NCBI GenBank assembly: GCA_010015585.1
Contig: ML975154.1
DNA: 64,000 nt
Direction: 5' to 3' (one strand)
Source: Eremomyces bilateralis CBS 781.70
Lineage: Eukaryota
The position numbers were made by a program, and so were the translations under genes. The first letter of the stretch is position 1. Each line of letters starts with the position of its first letter. Of this stretch, positions 36,001-47,576 are shown piece by piece. The notes under the pieces were generated by a model. That model saw nothing but the letters and a program-made list of their open reading frames with translations, was not told the DNA's origin and did not search any database.

Positions 36001-37421
36001 CTTCTTTCCAGCGCCGGAACGGAACTCGACCTCTGCCTTTGCACTTCCGGGCGATCCATATCGTCGTCCAACCCGAGCAACCTTGCCATCGGCAAGAAAA
36101 AGCTATGCGGCCTCGTGGGCCTCGAAATCGGAGTTGGCGCATCACTTCTCTCGTCTTCCTTCGCGTCCTCATCGTCTGTGATCTCTTTCGCGAGGCCGGG
36201 AATCTCGATCTCTCGCACATCATCTTCGCCCTCTGGCAGCGGAATATTCGCTGCGATCTCCGTCTCCGACGGCTCATGTTCGGGCAAGTTTTCGTTCACG
36301 TGCTCGGAGACATTTGAGTCTTGTCGCGCAAGGCTTCCACCGTCGACGGCCTCGGCCGTCGATGACGCGGGACTCATCGGAAGCGTCAAATGCGCGTACG
36401 TAGCCGAATGGTGAAGCGGAGAATGGATGGACGAGTGAACACTGCTATCTTGGCGGGTGCGTTGACGCCAGGTGCGGTAGAGGCGGCCGAGCGTGGAGTT
36501 GAGGGCAACCTTTTCAAGGTCACGATCCTCGACGACGATGCGGGGTGGTCTCATTTCCGGCTGCGGTTGTGGAGCGGCTGATTCGGCCACGGCGGGAGAA
36601 CGAGCTGTGGAAACGCGTCGCTTCCCGAGCACTCGATTATATGCTGCTGCGCCGGCGATGGCGAGGATTCGTTCGGCGAGGTATTCGATGATGGAGGTAA
36701 GGAAAATGGCGGACGCGCCAGAGACGAGTCCTAGACCGGAGAGGATATCCGCATTGTCCAGGTCCAAATATCGCTCTTCGTCTTCATCCTCCATTTCTCC
36801 AAGCCGGGTGTAGACCATCACTCGTAGGCGCGTTCTCTTGAAGGTTCCATCCAAGTCCCACCTCTCCGGGACTTCTCTATCTGCATCATCAAGCATATCA
36901 TCGATGGCCCTCCGACCTCCGCTCTCTTCATCTTCCTCTTCCTCTTCGGACATCAAATCCCTCAATTCCTCCTCCGCGATTGCCATCGCGTCTCTCGCCA
37001 AGCGGGGTTTCAGGACCTCGACGAACGCACCCCTTAGTCTGGCCAATCCCGGCCCTCTTGCCGCACCCAGGACTCGATAGAGAATATAATCCAAGAACGC
37101 ATTCAGCAAAGCCAGCGCATCTTCGGAAAAGAGTGCCGTTTCGCCAATTGGAGATGGGGACGTATCTCGCAGGTCGAATCGATCCCGGAGGATCGCATTG
37201 TTGGTATCCGTCACCATTTGCGAGGCTGCAGCAACGGCAACGTAGCCAGGTGGTGGGTGGACGAATTTTAGGGTGGAGTATCCATGAGGGCTTAGGACCG
37301 ATGGTCGGTCGGAAGAAATGGATGGAGCGCGGCTAGATCGTGCGTCCATTTGGTCGAATGTTGCGTCGGAACCGCGTGATCGGTGGGAGCGAGCGGGAAA
37401 GTTGTATGGTTGAGCCTCCAT
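33069..37421 (-). CDS. Uncharacterised 1450-aa protein: N-terminal tandem histone-fold-like region, long disordered S/P/A/T-rich middle, C-terminal repeated DF(L/I)R motifs
   Basis: Single uninterrupted 4.35 kb ORF. H2B-like and H2A-like segments at about aa 97-320 and four (L/F)xDF(L/I)R..P motifs near the C-terminus. Confidence 0.85.
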   Translation of the reverse strand: MEAQPYNFPARSHRSRGSDATFDQMDARSSRAPSISSDRPSVLSPHGYSTLKFVHPPPGYVAVAAASQMVTDTNNAILRDRFDLRDTSPSPIGETALFSEDALALLNAFLDYILYRVLGAARGPGLARLRGAFVEVLKPRLARDAMAIAEEELRDLMSEEEEEDEESGGRRAIDDMLDDADREVPERWDLDGTFKRTRLRVMVYTRLGEMEDEDEERYLDLDNADILSGLGLVSGASAIFLTSIIEYLAERILAIAGAAAYNRVLGKRRVSTARSPAVAESAAPQPQPEMRPPRIVVEDRDLEKVALNSTLGRLYRTWRQRTRQDSSVHSSIHSPLHHSATYAHLTLPMSPASSTAEAVDGGSLARQDSNVSEHVNENLPEHEPSETEIAANIPLPEGEDDVREIEIPGLAKEITDDEDAKEDERSDAPTPISRPTRPHSFFLPMARLLGLDDDMDRPEVQRQRSSSVPALERRSLFEETDDGREEFMTPTEELFRGDNVDGQEGAAKVVAKTEEDDDGSTDEEAEDAYRITSDDEAEPVVMNIKRVSIGVPPSPPAVVDTPRHSGSIRSKKSRDTSTPDISEFPDEVAEDIAYPGPPAPASAGLGSTRTSEESPLGHARPQGLAIDSTPTLPLDDPEAIGVARTTDIPTPASASPKAEQGFSKTKQKADSIADRARMRASVSPPIPRSVPSPNENSATTAAPLATAEENSVIATASRNTDSPEFPARSAASAAGSRFTGPDAAENAIPSEGGRGARTDSPSDRPLHAPPQPGPRSQRAISSGSGSSGTTGTTLRIVTPLHVVGGEQKPAVPSRSSDRASQNPSHSQQAPTALVSSRDGTTATRSASQALRDMPSTPTGQTRNSPPNMGPATAWAPTSAPSPRNFRESPRRSADTAPSGRGSSASAGSTRPRAPSIQTAINESPQHRPASSTPSGRRSGSIHTTTTPTLHKTNGSDTSFGLLKGSLDPRQSTEARARDFDALVAGEDTVKFKLVSPAMQDIESLPPRGPTNAPAAVPPRPSSKASVGKAPVSSPSPDPSSTSSSKSRGPVPVSRPAPPSSSSSTKAGLLAREPRIQSESMRDFADFIRSTGPYGEQIVQPLVDPSALPRHSMKAARSPQPSTFSANRSTFGSTSASNSSLGLSRSQSDATATSVPTRRKPHLEARSAAVASNDGSSDLIDFIRQGPPAANGEGRHRIPRAVAPFRTTMDSDDLGQLEATGGFASPHTSMASTVNSRFSAAPSHGSAAPLLPSARSSLQSRGNPPYKSSLASSPAQSAPSPKATLAPPGGSGFPPRTRRRIKDPYAIDFSDEEEDDDDGELLINPSSKRPPPRKEESLADFLRSAEPPAGNAPSALSPRAGVPSSRGAGQGGVIPGPSREEGGRMIGMMGRSKVAAKDARAGRQSSTNELADFLRNSGPPVERKGDGGAAAKVEKKDREKTSFWKRGKLRG

Positions 37422-38190
37422 AGTGAGGGTATGGAGACACTGGAAATGGTCGAGCCGATGTGGAAAGTCGGCAACTTCCTAACAAGTGCCTCGAGGGCAG
37501 AGCGAAGTGTCGATTCGACGGGTGAAAGAAGTGAAGTGACCAAAGACTACTATTGAGTCGACAATTCGGTTTCACTTTCACTGAATGAGAAATGCTAGGC
37601 AAACGGGTCAGAATCACCTGCTCCACTACCCAAGTGAAAGCCTGTCGCAATGAAACGTACCGGACCCCCTGAAAAAGAACCCTCCAGTACTACAACTGGA
37701 ATTCCACAGCCGACTCGCCTTCAACGTGTATCCAGGTACGGCGCCCAATGTGAGCTATGCGCTTGCAAACAAGCAGAAGAGCAGCCCTTCCCGAGCAACA
37801 GCGCACCGGCGGCTTACTGCATTCGCGCGTCGCCCAACACTGATTTCGGTCGTCCCCGGATGGATCGAATTGCGTGTGCAGGCTCACAAGTCGTACAATG
37901 TTGCGGGACTTCTCACCATCTGCGCGCAGCCGGGGAGAATTCTGATTGGATGGTTGCTAAATTGGTGGAAGATGAGGGAGGACAAAGAGAGAGTGTGTGG
38001 AGAGGAGAAAGGAAAGTATTACAGTAGAAGAAGGGTGGTGGTCTCGCTTTCAAAGGGAGAAAGTGAAGGATACCCGAGTCCACGTAATTATAGTGAATGA
38101 GCTTCGGAGGATATGACTCTATGAGTCGTTGGGTGAAGCAGTAGTGGAAGTGAAGAAAGTGAAATGGATGTCGCGGAAATGCCAGGACAA

Positions 38191-38235
38191 GGACATTCAG
38201 GACGTTCAGGATATCCTGGATATCCTGGATATTCA
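38191..38235. repeat. Imperfect 9-bp tandem repeat x5 (GGAYRTYCW)
   Basis: ggacattca ggacgttca ggatatcct ggatatcct ggatattca. Confidence 0.75.
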
Positions 38236-38432
38236 GGGAGGATGTCACAGAACGACGAAAGGGCTAGGCGTACAATAGCGTCCGCGTCGGCGCGTCCTAA
38301 GTGTGAGAGCCGGATCCGAACATCGTTGTTCAGCCACTTCAGGCCCTGAATGGTACCTTAACTATTGACGCCCTTGCTTTCTTCAATCGTTCGGGAGGAT
38401 AGGTAGGTAAGGACGATGGATTCGAGTTTACG

Positions 38433-38458
38433 AGATTAAGATTAAGATTAAGATGAAG
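38433..38458. repeat. (AGATTA)n microsatellite, ~4 units
   Basis: agattaagattaagattaagatgaag. Confidence 0.7.
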
Positions 38459-41400
38459 CTCCATTCCGAAAGTATTTAACAATACAGCTAAGCAATACGA
38501 AGGGTTCAGCCACACGTCCACAACGTCTCCTATTCGGAGGTGCTTCAGAATTGCAAGATGCTTCCCTGAGCATCTGATCATCGGCCCCGGCCACAGTGGA
38601 GTGCTGGAGTCCCTGAGATTTCGAATGTGGGAGGACGAAGGGGGAGAATTATTGGGGAAAGGGTTTAGACTATGGGCGCCGCCTGTTGATCTGATCGAGT
38701 CCGCCTTTACCCAGTTCAGATAGTTTTCCTAAGGCCTGCCAGTCTGAGTGTTAGTGTCCCCCCATCGAAAGCTTACATGTGGAGTCGTGGACAGGGAAGA
38801 TCGCGATAAAGTTCATGTTGATTCCAAGATGCACTAGAAGTCCGAAATATGAAAGGGTTTCCGCATGTCGTGGCTCGCGAGTACGCGACTTGACCCGTGG
38901 GCATATCTGCTTCTCGGAAACAATAGGCTTCCAACTTTCCAACCTCCAAGAGGTCGATAGAGGCTCAAATTACCGAAGCAGACTTTGTCCTCAATATCCC
39001 CGTGGGCCAGAGGAGACGATCTCTTATCTCCAGTATAGTACGCTCGGAGATGGGTGGCATCCTCCAACCGTTCATGTTGTGTTCAATGTCAACTGTCGTC
39101 TTATGACCGTCTTCGAAACACTAAATCTTTCCGAACTTCCAATCTGGATGCAGACAGTTCTTCCTTTGACTCTTATTCCAAACTCCAACTCGAAAACGTC
39201 CACCAAGCAGTCATTCCTGTGGGCCACGGGCGAGCCCATCAGGGTACGGGTAACTCCTGCCAGTGTCCCCAGTGACGGCCGCCCCGACTGCCCGCGAATC
39301 ATGGCAGTACGGGCCCACTGGGCAGTCAATCGCTTGGTCGTTATCCACGAGACCCGTCCAACTAACAACAGTCAACCCATCTTAGCGGTCGACTTTTCAC
39401 TCCTCTACCAGTCTGGCAGCTAATTGCGACGGCGGTCGGGGGGCGGCGGCGGGCTGGGGTTGCCCCAGGGTCCCCGGGTGAAGGCCAAGAGCCCCGAAGC
39501 TTGCGCAATATCCGCTCCCGGAATCCGATGCCGCCGAAACTCTCCCGACTGGCTTGGATTTCAGTAGCCGACCGCTCGTGCCACTTTTATGGCCTCATCA
39601 TCCAAATGTCCTCATCATTTCCATGGTTTCGAATGGCATGCAAAGGCGATAAGCCTACGTTGCCCAGGGTCGTGGATATTAAAAGGTTTGGAATTTTTGA
39701 TATTACTCTATACCTACTACCTTACATAACCTGTGGCCCATTCAAGATGAAATACGGTCCGCCTAAGGACCTGCACGACTCACGAAGGTAAGGGTGCTGC
39801 TCACAATAGCAACTAACCTAAACCAATGCAGATAATCCTCCGCACGTACAATTGATGGATGGCTATCGTTAATTCGAAGCGGAGGTATGCGGTGAGCTTG
39901 CATAACATGTTGCAATGACACCCAGTTTCGGTCCAATAGAAACCATGGCTCTATGCTCCTTGTCGCTGGTGAGACAGACTCCATTGGGCTCAAACACATT
40001 CTCTCGTGTTCGAGAAGCTACGGACGGGGATTCGAGTCAGCAACATGCAGCAGCTTGGGCTTTTAAGGTTTGACAGGCGTGGATATCCTGCATCTCTTAC
40101 AAGTTTACAAGATTATTTCTAGTTTTCTACCCTATTGCCCACTAATTAGGGAGGACTCCCGTGTTCCCGTCTACCCTCCTAGGTTACGATTCGAAACTAA
40201 AAGCTACGTTGCTGAGGCTGTGATAACTTGACAACTTTGACCACTGACAACTAAGTCGCAAGCGACAAGTGACAGCTTTGACAACCGGATATGCAGACTG
40301 CAGACTCACTGTGCAAAGGGACCTCACTCCACAGACCACAGGACATGAAATCTCGACGAAATCCCGCCGAAGGCCCATTGGCAGTGGTCAAAGCGGACAC
40401 CATCTCCGCCTGGTTTTGACTTAAGCGGTGGTACAAACCGCAACAATATCAGACGAACAGAGGACAAAGAACAAAGGCGGCGGCTCCTCCATTATGCGGA
40501 TTGCAGAATTCCATCTTCAGAAGCGTCGCGCAAACTTCGAATGAGAGGATGATCTCAATCAACTGTCACCAGATCTAGCAGATCAGCCGTCGATCGGTTT
40601 GAAGTTTAAATGCAGTTGAGCGAACGGGCGGTCCGATTGCGCTCTGATTCAGACTGATTGCTTTCTTTCCTCCAGTAATTGTCATCATTATCGCCTCAAT
40701 TATTTAAGTCTATTGAAAACGCTCGATCTCCTTTCCTTTCCCTATCGAATCTAAAGTCAATTTTCAAAGTCATGTTCCATTTCATAGATTCTACATTGGA
40801 GAAGTCTCGATTTATAAAGCCCTGCTGCTGAGTGTCTGAGTCTAGATCAACGAATATAATTCTGCTGCCAGCTTAGTTTGCCCATTATATATAGTCTCTA
40901 AATTCATGAATGCCCGTAGGAATATTAAATACGTTTTTTATTTACTTCCATAGCGAACTACTCTAGAAATCAAATGTGAGGTTCGCCCTTCTCGGCAGGC
41001 ACGAATGTACGATATTATCGTTCTTAGGGGATGTCCTCCCTGCGTGTCTTTCTTATGGGTGTCCTCGCTAGTGTGTCCCGCCTAGCCTCGAGGGATATTC
41101 TCCCATCGATGCGTCTGTTTCTATTTCTTCATCTCGTGCTCATTCTCATGTTCCTCGGATCAGGTTCGTATTAGCCCGCTTCCGCTTACACAACGAACGG
41201 TACTGCTCGCAGAAATCCCGAAACCGCCTATCCAGGATTTCAATGTCCTATTATGTATCCGAGTGCCATCCGTCCGAGCATTGACTGCATATATGCAAGC
41301 GCTTATCGGTTATTAGTCATACTTACCGTTCGTACAGCAGCCCGAGTGAATCCCGCTTCTCGGGACAAATGGAGAACACTACGATACCGTGGTAAATTCG

Positions 41401-44400
41401 ATAGTTGGTGGGTGTCGTCAGGCCGGCTCTTGGCCAGTTCTAAACAGAACTGGCTTCAGGCTCTGCGAGTTCGGACTTGACGATGGACTACCAAACCGGC
41501 GAATGTCCTCGGGACAGGACAGTCAGACTAGCTGAGGATTCAATGCTTCAAAAATTGCGACTTCCCAAGTTCATTTGCGTGCAGAATCCACAATATTCTG
41601 ATGTTTCTTTATTCCATACTTAATTTCTCGCTCAAAACGCCACAGGCGTTGAATTTTCTACTTCTTCACGCCGTACATGGCAGACTCGGGGTAGGAATCG
41701 GATAATGGCAGGCCCGGGGCACCAGCGAAGACCACTCAATCACCAGTGCATTCGGATATCTCATCTCCATCGGGGACATATTATCCTGTTGCAGGATCAA
41801 AACCAACCTCGACCCCAACCTCCTACTTTCTCCGGTATGAGTTCTCCGACAACTCTTGATCGATACTGCCGCATGTCTGTTTCGAACCAAGCGAGGGTGG
41901 ACTTTTGAATGTTTCCGATTACAATTCCATCGCAAACGGAGGGAACATCAACTTCGTATTAGCAGACCGGGCAGACTGGGGCGAGATTGAGCTATATCTC
42001 GCTAGTAATGGTTTATCCTACATATCCTTTCACGCGTCGTTCATCAACTTCTGCAAACGGATCACGGTGGGGGAGAATATGGATCTGACCCTCTCATTTT
42101 CGTAGGCGCGCTCTTTCCCCATTTCTCGCCAGGGTGACCCAACAAAAACCAAAACCGGTGACCTAGCAACAGTAGGAGGGTGGAGGACATCTTCGCTAGC
42201 AGGATCGCCAAATGCCTCTATAGTCTTCGTATCCAGGACACATTTCAAGAGCAGGTTTCAAAGCTGGTTCCAACGGTAACGAAGGGGAAGGAACAGCGAT
42301 TCTGGACTGGGTTCATCTGGGGAGAGAACCAGGAAGGTTTCACCAAGGAGAGAATATCGAATGCTCATATTTCTATGGCAGAGAAATTTGCGTCAACCGG
42401 GTAGATATTATCTTGGAGTCGCAACTTCGTTCTGAAGATTGCAGCTATCTTCTTCTCACGGTAACTCTATACTGATGCTGACTGAATAGGAAACTCCACG
42501 AACGGGCTCACGGACGAGATTATGTCAAGTCACTCCCTATAGAAACGACACGATAAGATTAGAGTGGACTTATAAGTTGCAATCCATACGGTGAATGCAC
42601 CGCATCAGCCCGGGATACCACATGAAGCTGGAGGAGGCAGACCTCCACAATTCTGGGTTGGGTCCTCGCGTTCCAACTTCGAAGGCCTCAACGACTCCAG
42701 CCCCGTCCATCAAGTGTTTCGCAACGGGACCACCCTTCCTCCTTGCGTGAATTGTGGGAGAGACGTTCGAGTTCCTGGCGACGGCCGCCAAAAATACCTG
42801 GCAACAGAAGGAGAAATTTGCAGCTCCATCATCTGCAAGCCGTACTTAAGTGGTACGTAAAGAGGGTCACCCACGGGGGAAGGAGGCGGAAGAGTCGAGG
42901 ATCAGGAACAGGTTCCTAGTCTACTAGAGAAAAGGCCGTTGGAATACCGATTCAAGGTAAGCCCAAGGCAGTTCAGCAGTGGCCAACAATAGTCCATGGC
43001 AAGAATCAGTGTGTCCGAATTTGATATTCGTGTGAAGACTATCGACGTTGCACTGATATTCCGTTTTCTCGGCCGTGTATAGTCGCCCTTGACCGCTGCA
43101 GTCCCGGCATACTAAAAGCTCACCCCATACAACACTTTATAGAACGTGTCTCGTAATTTGCCTCATAACATCCGGTTTCTGGGGCGCTGTCGCAGCACAC
43201 GCCTGAGTACTCACTCTATACACCATACAACACTCATTCCAAACAAAACGTCTCCTAGGACGCCTCTTGGGAACTGGTAATTCGCGTTGTTACTCTCTGT
43301 TTTCGCCAGTTTCTGCTAAATCCCCCTTGCATCATCGATGGCTGCACCGAAGTCACGGAGAGGTGCTCGGAGAAAGGGACTAAAGGACAGTCGTTCTCAT
43401 TAATTCACTATATATCCATTTTTTCCAGATAAGCCAGTGCCACAGGGAACCTGTTGACCGCAGGGGAACCAACAGTCTACTGTAGGGGTTTCGAATATCG
43501 AAACCTCGAGTCTCATTGGAGGCCTATATTTCTCTTCACCCAGGCAGACCTATTTAGCAGAACATCAGGATATAGGTATCGATAGACTGATCCATTACAG
43601 AACAATCCCCTAAGACGACTCTGGACCCACGATCTCAGGCCTGCCGGGGCATTCAGAATTCTTGCGGGCCTGCACCCCCTATCTTTCCCCGTGAATACAT
43701 TCGATTTCTAGCATATCACGTACCAAGAGCCACACCGCATCTCTACCATTACCTCATTTCGAAGCTTGTTCTTTATATTATTGAGTCACCATGCACGCAG
43801 TTGTCTCTCTATCCAGCCCAATGTCCTTAGGGTAGCTATAGATATCCCCCCGGCGCGAAAGCGTCAATAGAAAATTAAAATAAGTGGCGAGGGAGACAAA
43901 GTACACATCGGAAAGACTTGAAATCTGGACAGATGAGTCTTTCGACGACTGGTGTTGGGCTGGGGTAGCTGCCACATATACGACCCTATGGAGTTAGATG
44001 AACGAGATCTGTATGAGGATTTCATAATGAACACTAATTACGAGTGAGTATGTACGTGCCCCTCACGAGTAGGATACTGATGACTCTAAGGATAACCAGC
44101 AAGGAAAGAAGAATATATGGGACAAACCCAACAATGTTTCACGGACATAGAACGACAGTCGGAGATTACATGCCACTCATATCGCCAGTCCTAAAGCCAC
44201 TAGGCATGATGTCACGCCTTTGAGGATCTGACGGAGAATACTGGGGGCGTATCACAAAGGATGTATTCCAACAACCCTCTAAGGGCGGACGATGATGGTC
44301 ACCGTCGGTGAACATCCCCCACCTCTAGTTCTTAGTGACGATCCATTCGACAAGAGCTTCATTGAGGAGAGGTATCCTCTGAAGACCTGGTTGAGCAGGC

Positions 44401-45398
44401 CTACAACTAGATGAGCTTGTACGAGACCCAACCAGTCTAGGTAACTTGTCCGTATACTGTAAATCCGACCCTAAGGAGTTGGCTCCTCTTTGTCGACCTC
44501 TATCCTTGGCCAACCAACATCCGCGCAAAACAATGCCAATCCTCTGGAGTAGATGACGATGGCTCGAGGCAAGGGGCGGTTCTTCAAGACATTCAATGAA
44601 GATTAATCGCCGGTGGGAGGGAGAACTTGGAAGCGAGACACCCTAATTTAGAGGCGTCTACGACACGCCATGCAAACTGCACACACTGGATGACAGGCTC
44701 ATGTACATATTTGAAGTAGCTCGAGTTGATAAATTGGGCTGAAACAAATAGCAATGGAAGGTTTGTAGCTGTAGCTTTCTCATCCATAGGAGTGTCCAAG
44801 TCATGCACCGGATGCGGTCATATATCCCAATTCTGCACGAAACTGGACAAAAACAGTGGTGTGATCAACTGCTAGCGGATCCATGCTTGAATCTCGCGAT
44901 AGGAAACCATTTGTCATAAAGGAATTGCGTAGCAAAATGGAAACAAAACACCTAACACCAGGGTATCTTTCAGTTTGACCAAACTAGATGCGAGTATATT
45001 GCTCAGTCGGTTCTTCCCGCCAAAAGTCTTTCGCCTGCGGACCTGGATCATCTATTCAAATAGAGTTGAGCAAAAATCAAAGTTGTTCATAGGTCTAGGC
45101 ATGCCGTGGATTTATGGGCAGAGCACGCTCCGGACGGGCTGCAAGATGCCCCTTGAGGAATCAGCGCTGCCCACATCCATTCGATAGGTGATTGTTCATC
45201 ACCCGTGCGGCCTTCGAACCACTGTGATGGGGCGATCACGCATTCGACTCGCCCAGTCCTGTCTAAATGCATAACAATGGGCCATGCCTTGGTCCTCTCC
45301 TCGAAAACCGATGAGAATCGGGAAATAGAAACAAATTGCGAGGGGTCCTGTACTCTGCGGGCTTCGTGGGTGCTTTGGGTAATTTCCACGGCCCTACC

Positions 45399-47576
45399 TC
45401 AAGCCCCCGCATCCATGCCTCCAATATCATAGTAATAATCCTCATCTACCCCATCCCGAGTCGGCAAGACGGGCTCCTCCAGTCCGACGTCCTCGAACCG
45501 CACGTTCAGGAGGCGGATCTTCAGCCCGTAGCTACCGATCAAGTTCACGAGCTTGTTCGTATCCGCGGTGATGGGTTGCTGGTTGAGGAGCATGAGGAGT
45601 CCGTCGAGCCATTCGGATGCGAGGGTGTGAGATTGCGGGTTGAGCTGTAAGAGGACCATTTCCTTGTCACCTTGGGAGACGGAGGAGTCTTTGTGGGAGG
45701 AGGGGATGTAGCCATGGACGGTAATCTTGGTGGATGTTTGGGCGGGTACGGTAGTTTTGATGGTAGATGAGGAGGAGGATGTGGAAGGTGGGGAGGCAGA
45801 GACGTTGGAGACGACGGAGGAGACGGCGGAGAGGTCGATTTTATTGTTCAGATCGTCTAAGCCGGGCTCTTTCTCGGCCCTGCCTTCGTAATCCGCGTAA
45901 TGCAGGAACCTGCGGTTGTGGGACAGCTTGACGTACCGCCACGCGCTTGGGACGTTACGATTGAGATTGGCCTTCGTAACAGGCCCGTTTTCCGATCCAT
46001 AGCCGATGGAGTGCGGGAACCAGGCTCCCTGCAGTAAGCATCGGATGCGCTGTTCCTTGACAAATTGGAGGGCTTCGTGGTTGAGCTCCTCTCGTACTTG
46101 TCTAGATGTACCGTTAGTGCCAAATCGTGCTGAAAGAATAAGTCGGTTTACATACCGGAGGTGGTGGCCCCAAGCATCCTCATATGTCAGCTCGAGCAAT
46201 TCCATCTGCAATTCCCTGAGCTTCTGGTACTCGAACTCGGCCAATTCTTCCTCGACCTCGGCGATATCTTTCGTGCGGGATGCCTCTCCGACCACCTGCT
46301 CCACGAGGATCCGGACCAGTTCTTCGACCTTCTCGAAATCATCGGCTTCTGCACCAGTTGTCTTCCATAGGCGAAGATAAGCGTTCAGACCCGCTGTATG
46401 CAACCGAGACCAGTGAAGCAACAACGGTTTGAACGCCTTCTCAAAGTTCGTCCGCGAATCTAGCAATGTATATCGTTGAGAGTCCTCGTTGTCCGACTTA
46501 TCCACCTCGAAATGCTCGTACAATGTGCTCGTGACTGCCAGACTTGCTCGGGTGATGGGACACCGCTGTTGAAGCGGTTTGGTCGACTGCTCCAGGAGCA
46601 ATTTTTGGTATGTGTCTTCATATTTCTGGACAAAATCCGTCAAATCCATCATGCCCAAGAATCCCGTATTCTCAAACTCCCATGCAGGTGACTCCGTCTC
46701 AAAGCCTAGCCTCCGCCAGCGATCCGGAGGTGCCTTCTTGCTACCCAGCGTGCTGTCATCTCCGCCAGATTTAGATGCACTGCTTGCAACATAGAGACTT
46801 CGCAACGCTCTCCGGTGGTCCGCAGTCTCCATGTCAACCTTGATATCCCTCCATTTCCTTAACATCAACTTTGTCAAGCTTTGGAACTCCAACAACGGAT
46901 GGGCAAGATCGTGGATCGCGGTGCTCTGCATCAACATGTAGACTGCGCGGATCACGCCCAGGTCCTGTAATTTCTTTATGAACTTCGGCCATTCTCCTTC
47001 CAGGTCATTGGTGACCGCGTCGCGCATCAGTGCATTGATCAATTGCAACGAGTTGGCGCAGAGTGCGTGGTCGGCGGAGGAAAGCCGCGCGACTAGCATT
47101 TCCATGAACTGCGGATAGAGCGCGACGGCCGGTTTGAGGGCTTGGAAGCCGAAGGACCCGACTAGAGAGGCGCCTGTGTGTGGATGTGAGACGATGGCGA
47201 CGAGGATGGACATGGCGCCGCGGAGGATGTTGACCAGCGGTTGGGTGACGACCAACTCGACCGCCTGATTACAATATTAGCAAAGATCGTCTTGTAGGTA
47301 TCGAGCTTCACCCACTCGCTCAATAATCTCTTGGGAGATATGGTCCCAGCCCATGTCCAGTTCCAGCAGCCGTGAAAGCGACGTGAGACTATACGCTAAG
47401 GTGTTCCCCGTCGCTTGCAGGCAGAGGAACCGCAACTTCGGAAGGCCGCCTTCGCTGATGAACATGTCTGCGAAGGAAGGGTCGCCAATGGCGGATTGAA
47501 GCTTGAAAACTGCCATTTTTCGGACCGAGTCTTCATCGCTACCCAGCCGTGCGACGAGGTCACTAATGTTGTCCAT
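45399..47576 (-). CDS. ELMO: ELMO/CED-12 family protein with C-terminal PH domain, 2 introns
   Basis: MDNISDLVARLGSDEDSVRKMAVFKLQ, armadillo-like region, ELMO domain (WRRLGFETESPAWEF..TGFLGMMDL; CPITRAS), FVKEQRIRCLLQGAWF, PH domain YVKLSHNRRFLHY...SEWLDGLLMLL, KIRLLNV. Confidence 0.92.

Noticed and set aside
38779..39423. 214-aa ORF in the gene-poor interval
   Set aside because: Non-ATG start, no recognisable motif or typical codon bias. Treated as a chance ORF without expression data.
43487..43505. Perfect hairpin GGTTTCGA-ATA-TCGAAACC resembling a tRNA T-arm or terminator
   Set aside because: No cloverleaf or A-box context, and a single 8-bp stem is expected by chance in 64 kb.
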